The notes: generated from the letters alone by a model not told the origin. Shown: positions 39,379-49,513, counted from the first letter of the stretch. The stretch: DNA of 64,000 bases from Acholeplasma sp. (GCA_036677365.1 JAVBWN010000003.1:20678-84677); one strand, 5' to 3'. Program-made: numbers and translations.

Positions 39379-40622
39379 ACCACGTATATACCATTAATGA
39401 CATCGTTATCGATGCGAAAAAGCAATATCAAACATTGATTCATCTGGTGGAAACAAATCAAAACAAACCATTTTTGTATACAGGTAGAGATGAAAACTGT
39501 CGTGATGTCTTATATCATTTGTATGGTTGGCATATCATCTTGTTAGAATTGGTTAAAAAAAACCCAAAAAGTCCATTCGAATTGAGACCAGGCTTTACCT
39601 GGAAAACACTTGAGCAGTTGAACTATACCATCAAAAAAGAAACCGAGGCGTTTGATTTATCCACGGTATTATCGATGATTGAACAAACACACCAGGCAAT
39701 ATTATCCTGGGTTCAAACCCTATCAGATGCTTTATTGAATGACCCAAACGTATACCCGTTTACCGCACCTTCTAACTTAGGTGAGTTTGTCCATGAATGT
39801 ATGGGTGGTCATTATGCTTGGGCAATCCAATCGATCCAATTTCATTTGGGCGATGATGACATCAGACCTTTATTTGAACGGTTCAAAACCATACCAGAGG
39901 TAGAAGCCATTGTCTTGGGTGGGTCTAGAGGTAAACAACAAGGCGATGAGTTGTCAGATTACGATATTTATGTCTATACGACCAAACCAATCGATGTCGA
40001 AATTAGAAAGAAAATCATCAATCCATCTGTCAGTTTGATGGAATACAACCACCAATTCTTTGAAACAGAGGATGATGGCATCCTAAACAACGGGGTTGGG
40101 ATTGAATTCATTTATCGAAACTTAGCGGATTTTAAGTCGATGATGGTTCGGTTATTTGAAGGCCAGGTCAACCGTGGCTACAGCACTTGTTTCTTGGACA
40201 ATTTACTGACCACAAAAATCATTTACGACCCAAAAGGCGCTTACAAGCTTTTACAAGATACCTATCGATTCAAAGATAAAACAGCCCTCTATCAACAAGT
40301 CATCCAACAAAATATCCCACTGTTATATGGGACCCAACCAAACTATGTAGATCAAATTGAAAAAGCAGTCAAACGGGGTGACATCGTCGCGATCAATCAC
40401 CGCTTAACTGAGTATTTCAGTTTATTCTTCGATACCTTGTTCGCCATCAACAGGATCAATCACCCAGGTGAAAAGCGGATGTTAGAAAAGGCACTCACCT
40501 TACCAAAACAACCGAAAAACCTCAAAGAAATCATGAAAAAAATCTTGAATAACCCTACTTCAGGGTTGTACATGGATGATTTAAAAGCACTCACTATCAA
40601 CTTGATTTCCCTATCCAAATAG
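39375..40622 (+). CDS. ClbS/DfsB (DUF1706)-like domain fused to a nucleotidyltransferase (DUF4037-like)
   Basis: N-terminal RDENCRDVLYHLYGWH...HYAWA. C-terminal LGGSRG...DELSDYD and HPGEKR. Confidence 0.7.
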   Translation: MNHVYTINDIVIDAKKQYQTLIHLVETNQNKPFLYTGRDENCRDVLYHLYGWHIILLELVKKNPKSPFELRPGFTWKTLEQLNYTIKKETEAFDLSTVLSMIEQTHQAILSWVQTLSDALLNDPNVYPFTAPSNLGEFVHECMGGHYAWAIQSIQFHLGDDDIRPLFERFKTIPEVEAIVLGGSRGKQQGDELSDYDIYVYTTKPIDVEIRKKIINPSVSLMEYNHQFFETEDDGILNNGVGIEFIYRNLADFKSMMVRLFEGQVNRGYSTCFLDNLLTTKIIYDPKGAYKLLQDTYRFKDKTALYQQVIQQNIPLLYGTQPNYVDQIEKAVKRGDIVAINHRLTEYFSLFFDTLFAINRINHPGEKRMLEKALTLPKQPKNLKEIMKKILNNPTSGLYMDDLKALTINLISLSK

Positions 40623-40837
40623 AAGAACCCGACAGGGTTTTTCTTTTGTTATGAAGAATTAATAATTTTAGAATATGGCTTTAAAAAGCGATTTAAAAAC
40701 AGTTTGAAAATCAAATAGTTGGAAATTCAAAATAAATTGTCAAAAAATGCTTTGAAGTTCTAAATAAATGTGTTACAATGAGCGTGGTCTGTCTAATTGG
40801 ACAGGGAGTTAACGTGAAAGGGGGATCTTTCAAAGAT

Positions 40838-41302
40838 ATGAATAAATCACTGTTACTCAAAGTTTCAAAATCCGTTTTACTGGGCTTATTTGCGTTAGGT
40901 TACTTTTTACCTTTCGTAGTAGGTAAGGCTATGGGGGCTGACTATAGCGATTCGCTATGGAACGTTCAAGATTTCGCAACCCGCTTAGGTAGTTCTTCAG
41001 ATTCACCATTACTATTGGTGGTATTGGCATTATTGGTTAGCGTCGCTGCTGTGGTTGTATTCTTCTATAAAGAATCACTCAGCAGATATGTTCACCTCGC
41101 TGCTGTGGTTGTGGGTTTAGGTGTTGTCTTATATGTTTATTATCAAGTATTCATTGACAAATCGGCTGCATTAGAAGGTGCGATTGGTGCTGGTTTTGTG
41201 ACCATGAGCTTAGGTTTAGGCGTTTATCTACAAATCGTATTTGCTTTACTATCTGTAGTCTTAGAATTCTTAGGCGAAAAAGTATTCTCCTTCTTAAAAT
41301 AG
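40838..41302 (+). CDS. hypothetical membrane protein
   Basis: Four TMs. Start at MNKSLL after AAGGGGG. Confidence 0.7.
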   Translation: MNKSLLLKVSKSVLLGLFALGYFLPFVVGKAMGADYSDSLWNVQDFATRLGSSSDSPLLLVVLALLVSVAAVVVFFYKESLSRYVHLAAVVVGLGVVLYVYYQVFIDKSAALEGAIGAGFVTMSLGLGVYLQIVFALLSVVLEFLGEKVFSFLK

Positions 41303-41351
41303 TTCACTCCAACAAAAAAGGAACCTTCAAAAGTTCCTTTTTTTTGATTAA

Positions 41352-42164
41352 TTAGGCTGGAATGACGGACCCACCATACGTTTGTGTGATGAAATCTTTC
41401 ACCGCTTGGCTATTTAAAATTTCAGCTAGCGCTTTGATTTTCGCCGATTCTAACAATGAAGATTTCACTGCTAAAATGTTGACATATGGGTTGTTTCCTG
41501 TAGACTCAATGAAAATCGAATCTTCAAGTGGGTTTAAATTACCTTCTAAAGCATAGTTGGAGTTGATGATGTACAAATCCGCTTCTTTGGCGTTATATGC
41601 AGAAATCAAGAAGTCTGGTGCGACATTCGCACGGATGACTAAGTTCTTTGGATTGGAAACAATGACTTCACTGAAGTTGATGGAAGATGCTAAAATATCA
41701 AAATTTTCAGACAACCCAATCAAACCGGCTTGAGCGAGTAAGTTCAATGCTCTACCATGGTCTGAGGTCGAATTAGACAGTAATACCGTCGCGCCATCTG
41801 GGATATTTGATAATGACGTGATGGTGTTGGCGTATAAGCCAATGGGTTCAATGTGGACATAAGAAGCAATGACCAAAGTTTTGTTTGGGTTTTCGGTGTT
41901 GTATTTATTTAAGAAAGGGACATGTTGGAAAAAGTTCGCATCTGCATCCCCAGCAGCCACCGCTGGGTTAGGGAAATAATAATCGGATGTGATGATGACT
42001 TCTAGGTTATAGCCGCGTTCTTTTAATAATGGTCGCGCAAACTCTAAGATTTCTGCGTGTGGGATCGATGTCGCGATGACCTTGATGGTTTTTTCTGAAT
42101 TGTTGCATGCTGCTAGGGTGAAACTTGTCAATAATACGACAAGCAACGTGATGATTTTTTTCAT
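41352..42164 (-). CDS. metQ: methionine ABC transporter substrate-binding lipoprotein
   Basis: LAAC lipobox, PHAEIL, DANFFQH, NSNYA. Confidence 0.92.
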   Translation of the reverse strand: MKKIITLLVVLLTSFTLAACNNSEKTIKVIATSIPHAEILEFARPLLKERGYNLEVIITSDYYFPNPAVAAGDADANFFQHVPFLNKYNTENPNKTLVIASYVHIEPIGLYANTITSLSNIPDGATVLLSNSTSDHGRALNLLAQAGLIGLSENFDILASSINFSEVIVSNPKNLVIRANVAPDFLISAYNAKEADLYIINSNYALEGNLNPLEDSIFIESTGNNPYVNILAVKSSLLESAKIKALAEILNSQAVKDFITQTYGGSVIPA

Positions 42165-42178
42165 GAGAATCTCCTTTT

Positions 42179-42844
42179 TTATTGATGGTTTAATTTTTTA
42201 GATAAATAATCCCCAGTGATCTGGATGATGAATACGAGTAATAAAATGGTGAAGATGGCTAGATACATCAAGGTGTAATTGTTGCCAAACTTTCCATTTT
42301 CATACGCAAGAAATGCGAGTCCACCGGCACCGATGACGGCAGCAGCGGACATGAAGCCGACCAAAGTCACTAAAGTCAATGTGAACCCAGACACCAATGG
42401 GCTTAAGGCTTCTGTAAATACGATTTTAATGAGGGTCCATTTGGATGCACCCATCGATTTTAATGCTTCTAAGGTATTTTCACTGACCGATTTTAAAGCA
42501 TTATTGACAACACGAGCGAAAAACGGGGATGCCGATACAATGAGTGCTGGCAGGGCACCTTTAGCCCCCAACATCGTACCCACCAACGCACGGGTCAATG
42601 GAATCATCATGATGAGTAAAATGATGAATGGAATCGAACGCGCGATGTCATTGATCGTCGATAGAACTCGATAAGCAAGGGTTCTATATAAGCTGGGTTT
42701 AATGATCGTATCATTGGCTAAGATATAGATCAAAAACCCAAGAATCAGGCCAATCACTAAGACAAACGCACCTGTTCCAAAGGTTAAGAACAAGGTTTCA
42801 TACAATGCCTTTAAAAACTGGTTCCAATCATGACTACTGAGCAT
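42179..42844 (-). CDS. metI: methionine ABC transporter permease
   Basis: RSIPFIIL, PFFAR, SAAAVIGAGGL. Confidence 0.92.
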   Translation of the reverse strand: MLSSHDWNQFLKALYETLFLTFGTGAFVLVIGLILGFLIYILANDTIIKPSLYRTLAYRVLSTINDIARSIPFIILLIMMIPLTRALVGTMLGAKGALPALIVSASPFFARVVNNALKSVSENTLEALKSMGASKWTLIKIVFTEALSPLVSGFTLTLVTLVGFMSAAAVIGAGGLAFLAYENGKFGNNYTLMYLAIFTILLLVFIIQITGDYLSKKLNHQ

Positions 42845-43814
42845 AGAGGTTCACCTCCACGTTGTGTGCTTTTAAATAAGCAATGGCTTCACTGGTTTGC
42901 TTACCGAAGAATTGAACGTATAAGAAGCCAATGGTTTCAGATTTCAATGCTAAAGTTTTAGCGTATTTGATATTGACATCGATGTTATATTGCTTGATAC
43001 AATCGGAAAGAATCGTATCGTCACTATTTTTATGGTTATAAACCAATTCATAAACCATCGACTCGGTGGTTTCATATTTGAAGGTTTGTAATAAGGATTT
43101 CGCAACCAACGATGTTGGATGGATGAATAAGTGCTTGATTGGGGTATCCTCGACAATGCGACCTTGATCCATCACCACCACACGGTCACACAACGCTTTA
43201 ACCACTTCAATTTGGTGGGTGATGAAGATGATGGTAACACCTGTTTTTTCATGAATTTGTTTAAGTAAATCTAAAATATCTGTGGCTGTCTTTTGATCCA
43301 AAGCAGACGTTGCTTCGTCACAAAGCAATACTTTCGGGTGGTTAGCCAGCGCTCTAGCGATACCAACCCTTTGACGTTCACCACCGGACAATGACTTGGG
43401 GTACATCTCTTTTTTATCCGATAAACCGACCAAAGACAATAACTCTAAAATACGTTCATCCTTATTACCTGGGTATTTAGCGATATCCAAAGGTAATTTT
43501 ATATTTTCATACACGGTCATCGAATGGATCAAATTGAAATGTTGGAAAATCATACCGATGGTGTGACGCATTCGATCAATCGCCTTTTGCTTATGCATGT
43601 CTAAAGCAACACCATCGATGCTGACAATCCCACCGGTGGGCTCGATTAAGCCGTTGATGATGCGTACCAACGTGCTCTTGCCAGCCCCACTATATCCCAA
43701 AATACCAACGATCTCACCGGCTTCGATGGTTAAATTCACATCATCCAAAGCATGAAATGTCGTTTTTTTATTGGGATAGGATTTAGATATGTGTTTGAGT
43801 TCAATCATGGGCAT
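42834..43814 (-). CDS. metN: methionine ABC transporter ATPase
   Basis: GYSGAGKST, LLCDEATSALD and a C-terminal NIL-like domain. Confidence 0.92.
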   Translation of the reverse strand: MPMIELKHISKSYPNKKTTFHALDDVNLTIEAGEIVGILGYSGAGKSTLVRIINGLIEPTGGIVSIDGVALDMHKQKAIDRMRHTIGMIFQHFNLIHSMTVYENIKLPLDIAKYPGNKDERILELLSLVGLSDKKEMYPKSLSGGERQRVGIARALANHPKVLLCDEATSALDQKTATDILDLLKQIHEKTGVTIIFITHQIEVVKALCDRVVVMDQGRIVEDTPIKHLFIHPTSLVAKSLLQTFKYETTESMVYELVYNHKNSDDTILSDCIKQYNIDVNIKYAKTLALKSETIGFLYVQFFGKQTSEAIAYLKAHNVEVNLYAQ

Positions 43815-43821
43815 CTCCTTG

Positions 43822-43856
43822 AAAAATAAAAATACCTATCGCTTCGCGACAGGCAT
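43822..43856 (-). terminator. riboswitch expression-platform terminator
   Basis: Minus strand ATGCCTGTCGC-gaa-GCGATAGGTAT-TTTTATTTTT, between the aptamer and the metN RBS. Confidence 0.8.
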
Positions 43857-43876
43857 GTATGTGTGAGTAAATGCGT

Positions 43877-43957
43877 CCATCGCTTATAGCTTTACCACCG
43901 TGATCTTTCCGGTTGGTAGACGTTCATCGAGCTATATCTCTCCCGTCTTCTTGATAG
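43877..43957 (-). ncRNA. SAM-I-like riboswitch aptamer (compact variant lacking P4)
   Basis: Minus strand CUAUCAAGAAGACGGGAGAGAUAUAGCUCGAUGAACGUCUACCAACCG...CGGUGGUAAAGCUAUAAGCGAUGG. P1 AUC/GAU, AACC/GGU core, UAUAGC/GCUAUA pseudoknot. Upstream of metNIQ. Confidence 0.85.
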
Positions 43958-44118
43958 TGATATTGAATTAACCCAATTTTAGCACACCTAATTAAAAATG
44001 TATACGCTTATCCTTATGAAATCGCTTTTATGTTATTTTGAAGATAATCCTGCCATAAAGCGCTCTTTATTTGAAATGGATGATGCAGATGTCTATACTG
44101 TTAATAGAGGTGATTTAG

Positions 44119-44712
44119 ATGCGAAAAGGATTATTCATCGCACATGTGGGTTTGATTATATACGCCATCATCCACTTAACAACCCATTTTCAAGCAGGGA
44201 CATTCTTAAACGATGTATTTTCAAATGATGCTGACCCTACACTACTGATGGTCTTCAATTTATTGGGTCTATTGCCTTTGGCATTCATATTATTTGGTAT
44301 AAAGTATTTAGAGATGAATAAAAAACAGTGGGTATTATTGTCAATGGGGTTTGTGTTGGGTGGTTTCATCCTAACGATCCCATTCATCGATGGCAAGCTA
44401 CAATCCAAACCCATATCGAAGAAAACGCACTTAGTCGCTTTGATTGGACTGATCTTATCGGTGATGACGTTGGGTTATGGTGTGATATTAGGTGATTTCA
44501 ATCTGTACTATGAAGCATTCTTAAATGACTCATTCGTACACATCATGACCATGGATTTCCTGTTTTTATATGGGTTATCGATCTATTTATCGTTTAAAAC
44601 ATTCAAAAAACCATATCTATCACTCATCCCAGTGGTGGGTCTATACTCTTATTATTTCAAGACACAGATTGATTTCAATTTGTGTCTTTTTCTTAAGAAG
44701 CATCTTCCTTGA
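44119..44712 (+). CDS. hypothetical membrane protein
   Basis: About 6 TMs, FVHIMTMDF motif. Confidence 0.7.
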   Translation: MRKGLFIAHVGLIIYAIIHLTTHFQAGTFLNDVFSNDADPTLLMVFNLLGLLPLAFILFGIKYLEMNKKQWVLLSMGFVLGGFILTIPFIDGKLQSKPISKKTHLVALIGLILSVMTLGYGVILGDFNLYYEAFLNDSFVHIMTMDFLFLYGLSIYLSFKTFKKPYLSLIPVVGLYSYYFKTQIDFNLCLFLKKHLP

Positions 44713-44769
44713 TATTCAAAGTATATTTGATAAAATTAAATTGAATACAATTAATTGGAGGATAAGACA

Positions 44770-45282
44770 ATGTCAATTTATGAATTCGAAGTCAAACGTT
44801 TAAATCAACAAAAAACATCTTTAAGCAAGTATGAAGGCAAAGTATTGTTAATATTTAATAGTGCAACCAAATGTGGTTATACCAAACAATACGATGGCAT
44901 TGAAGCCTTATATGAAAAATACAATAAGCAAGGGTTAGAAGTATTAGACTTTCCTTGTAACCAATTCATGAACCAAGCCCCTGAATCGGGTAAAGAGATT
45001 GAATCTTTCTGTAAACTCAAATTTGGCACCAAATTCGAAATTTTCGATAAAATCGATGTCAATGGTAAAGATGCAGATCCTTTATTTAAATACTTACGTG
45101 CGAAGAAAGCCGTGGATTACCCTAAAACCAAATCCTCACTCATCGACAGAATTCGTGGGAAAAATACCATCAAATGGAACTTTACGAAATTCTTAGTCGA
45201 TCGTAACGGCAACATTGTATATCGCTTTGGACCCAGCTTCACACCAGAAGAAATGGAGTCCTTCATTCAGGGGTTGTTATAA
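44770..45282 (+). CDS. glutathione-peroxidase-family peroxidase
   Basis: NSATKCGYT, DFPCNQF, IKWNFTKFLVD. Confidence 0.95.
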   Translation: MSIYEFEVKRLNQQKTSLSKYEGKVLLIFNSATKCGYTKQYDGIEALYEKYNKQGLEVLDFPCNQFMNQAPESGKEIESFCKLKFGTKFEIFDKIDVNGKDADPLFKYLRAKKAVDYPKTKSSLIDRIRGKNTIKWNFTKFLVDRNGNIVYRFGPSFTPEEMESFIQGLL

Positions 45283-45717
45283 ATGAATTGGAAACTCGAT
45301 GAACAATTGTGTTTCTTACTGTATGCGAGTTCTCGTAATGTCATCAAAGCGTATAAAGATATATTAGATCCCTTCGGATTGACCTATACCCAATACATCA
45401 CAATGATTGCTTTATGGGAACAAGACCATCAACTCGTCTCTGAACTGGGGGATAAACTCCAACTCGATTCAGGTACATTGACACCCTTATTGAAGAAACT
45501 AGAAAAAGAAGGACGCGTTACACGCGTTAGAGATTTAGAAGATCAAAGAAAGGTCTACATCAGTTTGACCAAAGCAGGTAAAGATTTGGGTGAGGCATGT
45601 AAAGTTGTGCCTGAACGTCTTTTACAATGCGTTCAAATCGATTTTGAAAAAGCAAAGCAGTTGTATTTCATCCTCAAAGGGGTATACAATGACTACCTCG
45701 AAGGAGACAAATCATGA
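45283..45717 (+). CDS. ohrR: OhrR-like MarR-family regulator
   Basis: LDEQLCFLLY (redox Cys), LTYTQY, LDSGTLTPLLKKLE. Confidence 0.85.
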   Translation: MNWKLDEQLCFLLYASSRNVIKAYKDILDPFGLTYTQYITMIALWEQDHQLVSELGDKLQLDSGTLTPLLKKLEKEGRVTRVRDLEDQRKVYISLTKAGKDLGEACKVVPERLLQCVQIDFEKAKQLYFILKGVYNDYLEGDKS

Positions 45718-46796
45718 CCGAACTAGAAAAGAAAGCCTATATGCAAAAAGCGATTGAACTCGCCCAAAAGGGGGAAGGATTTGTTAACCCCAACCCACTG
45801 GTAGGTTCAATCATCGTGAAAGATGGCAAAATCATCGGTGAAGGCTACCATGAATGTTATGGTGGACCCCACGCTGAAGTGAATGCGTTTAATCACGCCA
45901 CCGAAGATGTCGAAGGGGCAACGATGTTCGTTACCTTAGAACCGTGTGCCCACTATGGGAAAACACCACCGTGTGCCTTAAAGATTGTTGAAAAGAAGAT
46001 TAAAAAAGTCATCATCGCGAAAACCGATCCAAACCCTTTGGTCAACATGAAAGGGATAGAAATCCTTAAAAATGCTGGGATTGAAGTGGAATACGGTTTG
46101 ATGAGCGATGAAGTCGAACTTCAAAATGAAATCTTCTTAAAATACATTCAAACCAAAAAACCGTTTGTTTCAATCAAATATGCGATGACCGCCGATGGGA
46201 AACTCGCAACCAAAGATCACGACTCTAAATGGATCACCAATGAAGCCTCGAGGGCGTATGTCCATGAACTGAGAAACAGACACATGGCCATCCTGGTGGG
46301 TGTCAATACCATCATCCATGACGACGCGAGATTAAACACCCGTTTGGACAAACCACACCGTAATCCAATCCGAATCATCATCGACCCAGAACTATCCATC
46401 CCTAGGGATGCTTACGTGATTAAGACCGCGACTGTCCAACCCACTTGGATTGTCACAAAAAAATACGAACAACGCTTGGTGGACCAAGGTGTTCGTATCA
46501 TCCAAATGTCTGAGATTGATTTTGTTCAATTGATGGATAAATTGGGTGAAGAAAAAGTCGATTCTGTCTTGATTGAAGGCGGGTCTTATACCCATGGCAA
46601 GGCCTTAGAATCTGGCATTGTCGATAAAGTTTACGCATTCATAGCACCGAAACTCATCGGTGGTAAAAACGCACTCACCCCGGTGGGTGGCGAGGGGGTC
46701 GCCCTCATGAGTGATGCCTATCAACTCAAAAACGTTACATATACCCCATTTGGAGATGACATCCTCATGGCAGGTAATATCATAAAAGGAGCTTAA
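45714..46796 (+). CDS. ribD: bifunctional pyrimidine deaminase/reductase RibD
   Basis: [33 protein letters not shown]. Confidence 0.95.
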   Translation: MTELEKKAYMQKAIELAQKGEGFVNPNPLVGSIIVKDGKIIGEGYHECYGGPHAEVNAFNHATEDVEGATMFVTLEPCAHYGKTPPCALKIVEKKIKKVIIAKTDPNPLVNMKGIEILKNAGIEVEYGLMSDEVELQNEIFLKYIQTKKPFVSIKYAMTADGKLATKDHDSKWITNEASRAYVHELRNRHMAILVGVNTIIHDDARLNTRLDKPHRNPIRIIIDPELSIPRDAYVIKTATVQPTWIVTKKYEQRLVDQGVRIIQMSEIDFVQLMDKLGEEKVDSVLIEGGSYTHGKALESGIVDKVYAFIAPKLIGGKNALTPVGGEGVALMSDAYQLKNVTYTPFGDDILMAGNIIKGA

Positions 46797-46797
46797 C

Positions 46798-48000
46798 ATG
46801 GATAATTTATTTCACACAGTAGAAGAAGTTTTAGAAGACATCAAAGCCGGTAAACCCATCATCTTGGTCGATGATTACGATGAAGATAATACCGGAGATT
46901 TTGTCGTAGCCGCTGAAAAAGTCAATACAGAAACCTTGGCTTTAATGGAAAAATATGCGAAAGGGATCATCAACATCACCACCGATAAAGAAAGATTCCA
47001 CGCCCTAGGCATTCAAGCCTTATACGAACAAACCATCACCGCGTATCAAACCGCGAAAGTGATGTCCGTTGAACTCAATTGTACGGGGAATCGCACTGAA
47101 AAAGCGTTAAAAACAATCAAAGCCATTTTGAATCCAGAAACCAAACCAGGGTCGTTTTTTCAACCAGGGGTCATTTTCCCGATTCAATACCGTCAAGGTG
47201 GGGTCTTAAAGCGTGCAGGTCGTCCTGAGGCTTCGGTAGATTTCGCTAAACTCGGTGGGTTATACCCAGCTGGGGTGACTTCGATCATCTTAAAAGAATC
47301 TGGTGAACCTTACCGTTTATATGAACTCAGAGATTTGGCTCAAAAACTCGGGTTAAAATGGACCGCTGTTTCAAGTTTAATCGAGTTCCGTAAACGCAGT
47401 GAAAACTTCATTAAACGTGCCGCTGAAGCGAACTTACCAACCTCACATGGGGACTTTAGAATGATTGGTTTTGAAAACGCGATCAGTGGCGAACACCATG
47501 TTGCTTTAGTCAAAGGGGACATCAAACCTGGCGATGAAGTCTTGGTCAGAGTCCACTCCGAATGTTTAACAGGAGACGCTTTTGGTTCAATGAAATGTGA
47601 CTGTGGTGAACAACTCCAAGCCGCTTTGGATAAGATTGAAAAAGCCGGTAAAGGGGTATTGGTTTATATGCGTCAAGAAGGCCGTGGGATTGGTTTAATC
47701 AATAAAATCAAAGCATATAATCTTCAAGATCAAGGGATGGACACCGTTGAAGCCAACCTCGCACTTGGCTTTGCAGAAGACTTAAGAGACTATGGTATTG
47801 GGGCTCAAATCTTAAATGATTTGGGTGTAACCAAAGTCAAGCTCATGACCAACAACCCATTAAAACTGTCAGGTTTAACCGGTTATGGCATTGAGATTGC
47901 TTCGAGAGAACCCATCCAACTTAACCATAACGAACGTAACGAGTTTTACATGAAGACCAAAAAAGATAAGATGGGTCACATGCTTAAATTCAAGGAATAA
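46798..48000 (+). CDS. ribBA: RibBA-type fusion: intact GTP cyclohydrolase II, degenerate DHBP-synthase domain
   Basis: RibA motifs [20 protein letters not shown] and TNNP are intact. RibB motifs are altered (DEDNTGD, PGVIFP, AGRPEA). Confidence 0.9.
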   Translation: MDNLFHTVEEVLEDIKAGKPIILVDDYDEDNTGDFVVAAEKVNTETLALMEKYAKGIINITTDKERFHALGIQALYEQTITAYQTAKVMSVELNCTGNRTEKALKTIKAILNPETKPGSFFQPGVIFPIQYRQGGVLKRAGRPEASVDFAKLGGLYPAGVTSIILKESGEPYRLYELRDLAQKLGLKWTAVSSLIEFRKRSENFIKRAAEANLPTSHGDFRMIGFENAISGEHHVALVKGDIKPGDEVLVRVHSECLTGDAFGSMKCDCGEQLQAALDKIEKAGKGVLVYMRQEGRGIGLINKIKAYNLQDQGMDTVEANLALGFAEDLRDYGIGAQILNDLGVTKVKLMTNNPLKLSGLTGYGIEIASREPIQLNHNERNEFYMKTKKDKMGHMLKFKE

Positions 48001-48004
48001 ACTC

Positions 48005-48652
48005 ATGGCGTATAAAACCATCTGTTTGGACTACGATGGTACCATCCATGACAGTATCCAAATCTATTATAAAGCGTTCCTAAAAGCCTTTGACTATTTG
48101 GTCCAACATGGCCATCAAGCCAAAAAAGACTGGACCAAAGATGAAGTCAAACGCTTTTTAGGACAAAACCCACCGGAAATGTGGGCATCTTTCCAACCAG
48201 CCATACCCCCGGAAGTCATTTCAGTGGTTTCAAAAATGATTGGTGAAGCGATGCGAGACTCCATATTAAACCATGAAGGGGTATTGTTTGAAGGTGCATT
48301 AGATACTTTAGCCTATTTAAAAGAAAAGGGCTATACTTTGGTCTACTTATCAAATTCTAAAAACTACTATATGGAAATCAATAAAAACGAATTCCAATTG
48401 TACCGATACTTTGATTTATTCGTGTCTTCTGAAATGTATGATTACATCCCTAAAAAAGACATCTTAAAAAAACTCAAATCCACACTCCCTCAACCGATTT
48501 TGATGGTGGGTGACCGAATCCATGACATGGAATCGGGACACACCAATCAAATCGATACGGTGGCGTGTTTGTACGGGTATGGTAAGGAAGAAGAATTCAT
48601 CGGTTCAACCTACCAAATTCAAGATATTCGAGATTTAAAAAAAATCCTTTAA
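48005..48652 (+). CDS. HAD-family phosphatase
   Basis: DYDGT, LSNS, VGDRIHD. Confidence 0.9.
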   Translation: MAYKTICLDYDGTIHDSIQIYYKAFLKAFDYLVQHGHQAKKDWTKDEVKRFLGQNPPEMWASFQPAIPPEVISVVSKMIGEAMRDSILNHEGVLFEGALDTLAYLKEKGYTLVYLSNSKNYYMEINKNEFQLYRYFDLFVSSEMYDYIPKKDILKKLKSTLPQPILMVGDRIHDMESGHTNQIDTVACLYGYGKEEEFIGSTYQIQDIRDLKKIL

Positions 48653-48657
48653 AAGAC

Positions 48658-48700
48658 AAAACGACTGATTCTCACAAAAGAGATCATCAGTCGTTTTTTT
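48658..48700. terminator. bidirectional terminator ending the rib operon
   Basis: AAAACGACTGAT...ATCAGTCGTTTTTT between convergent genes. Confidence 0.75.
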
Positions 48701-49513
48701 TTATTTGATTGAGATGAATCGTGGTTTTCTATGTTCAAATTGAGCCACTTCATTAAAACCAGCAGCCTTTATTAGATTTATCGCTGTGTCAAAATCTTTT
48801 TGATAGTCTTTTAAGTAATGGGCATCTGAACCTAAGGTGATGATTTTCCCACCCAAGTTTTTATATAATTTCAACACTTCTAACCTTGGATGCGTGACCC
48901 CTAAACCATATCTAAACCCAGAGGTATTGAGCTCAATGCCTTTGTTTTTTCGAATGATTGTTTCAAGGATTTTCGTAATGATGGGTTTGAAATAATCAAA
49001 ATCATACATTCTTTGTGAAAAACCCCCATAACGAATGATGTAATCGATGTGACCAAACACATCGTAATTATCGAAGTTTTCAACCGCGTGTAAGACAATT
49101 TCAAAATAGCGTTGATACGCTTCGATTTGGGTTTTCCCTTTGAAAAAATCGCCATTATATAAATCCAAACCATCGCCCATGTGGATCGATAAGATGACAA
49201 AATCAAACTGGTATTGATTTAAGAACGTATCGATGCGTTGGTTCAAATGGGGTTGATAACCCATTTCAACCCCCATCAAAATGGGTAAAGTATATCGCTG
49301 TCTTAAAGATAGGATATTTTTGTAATAAACATCATAGTCGATGGGTTCGTTAAAAATAGGTGCAGCAAAATCAAAATCTACATGGTCTGAAAAAAGTACC
49401 CCTGGATACCCTTTTTGTTGTGCAACTTCAATGTAGTTTTCCATCGATAAACTTTGATCCGCATCTGGGGATGCTTGGGTATGCATGTGGTGATCGATGA
49501 TTTTTATGGACAT
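48701..49513 (-). CDS. PHP-domain histidinol-phosphatase (HisJ family)
   Basis: DHHMHT, SDH, GHIDY, ELNTSG, GSDAH. Confidence 0.85.
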   Translation of the reverse strand: MSIKIIDHHMHTQASPDADQSLSMENYIEVAQQKGYPGVLFSDHVDFDFAAPIFNEPIDYDVYYKNILSLRQRYTLPILMGVEMGYQPHLNQRIDTFLNQYQFDFVILSIHMGDGLDLYNGDFFKGKTQIEAYQRYFEIVLHAVENFDNYDVFGHIDYIIRYGGFSQRMYDFDYFKPIITKILETIIRKNKGIELNTSGFRYGLGVTHPRLEVLKLYKNLGGKIITLGSDAHYLKDYQKDFDTAINLIKAAGFNEVAQFEHRKPRFISIK

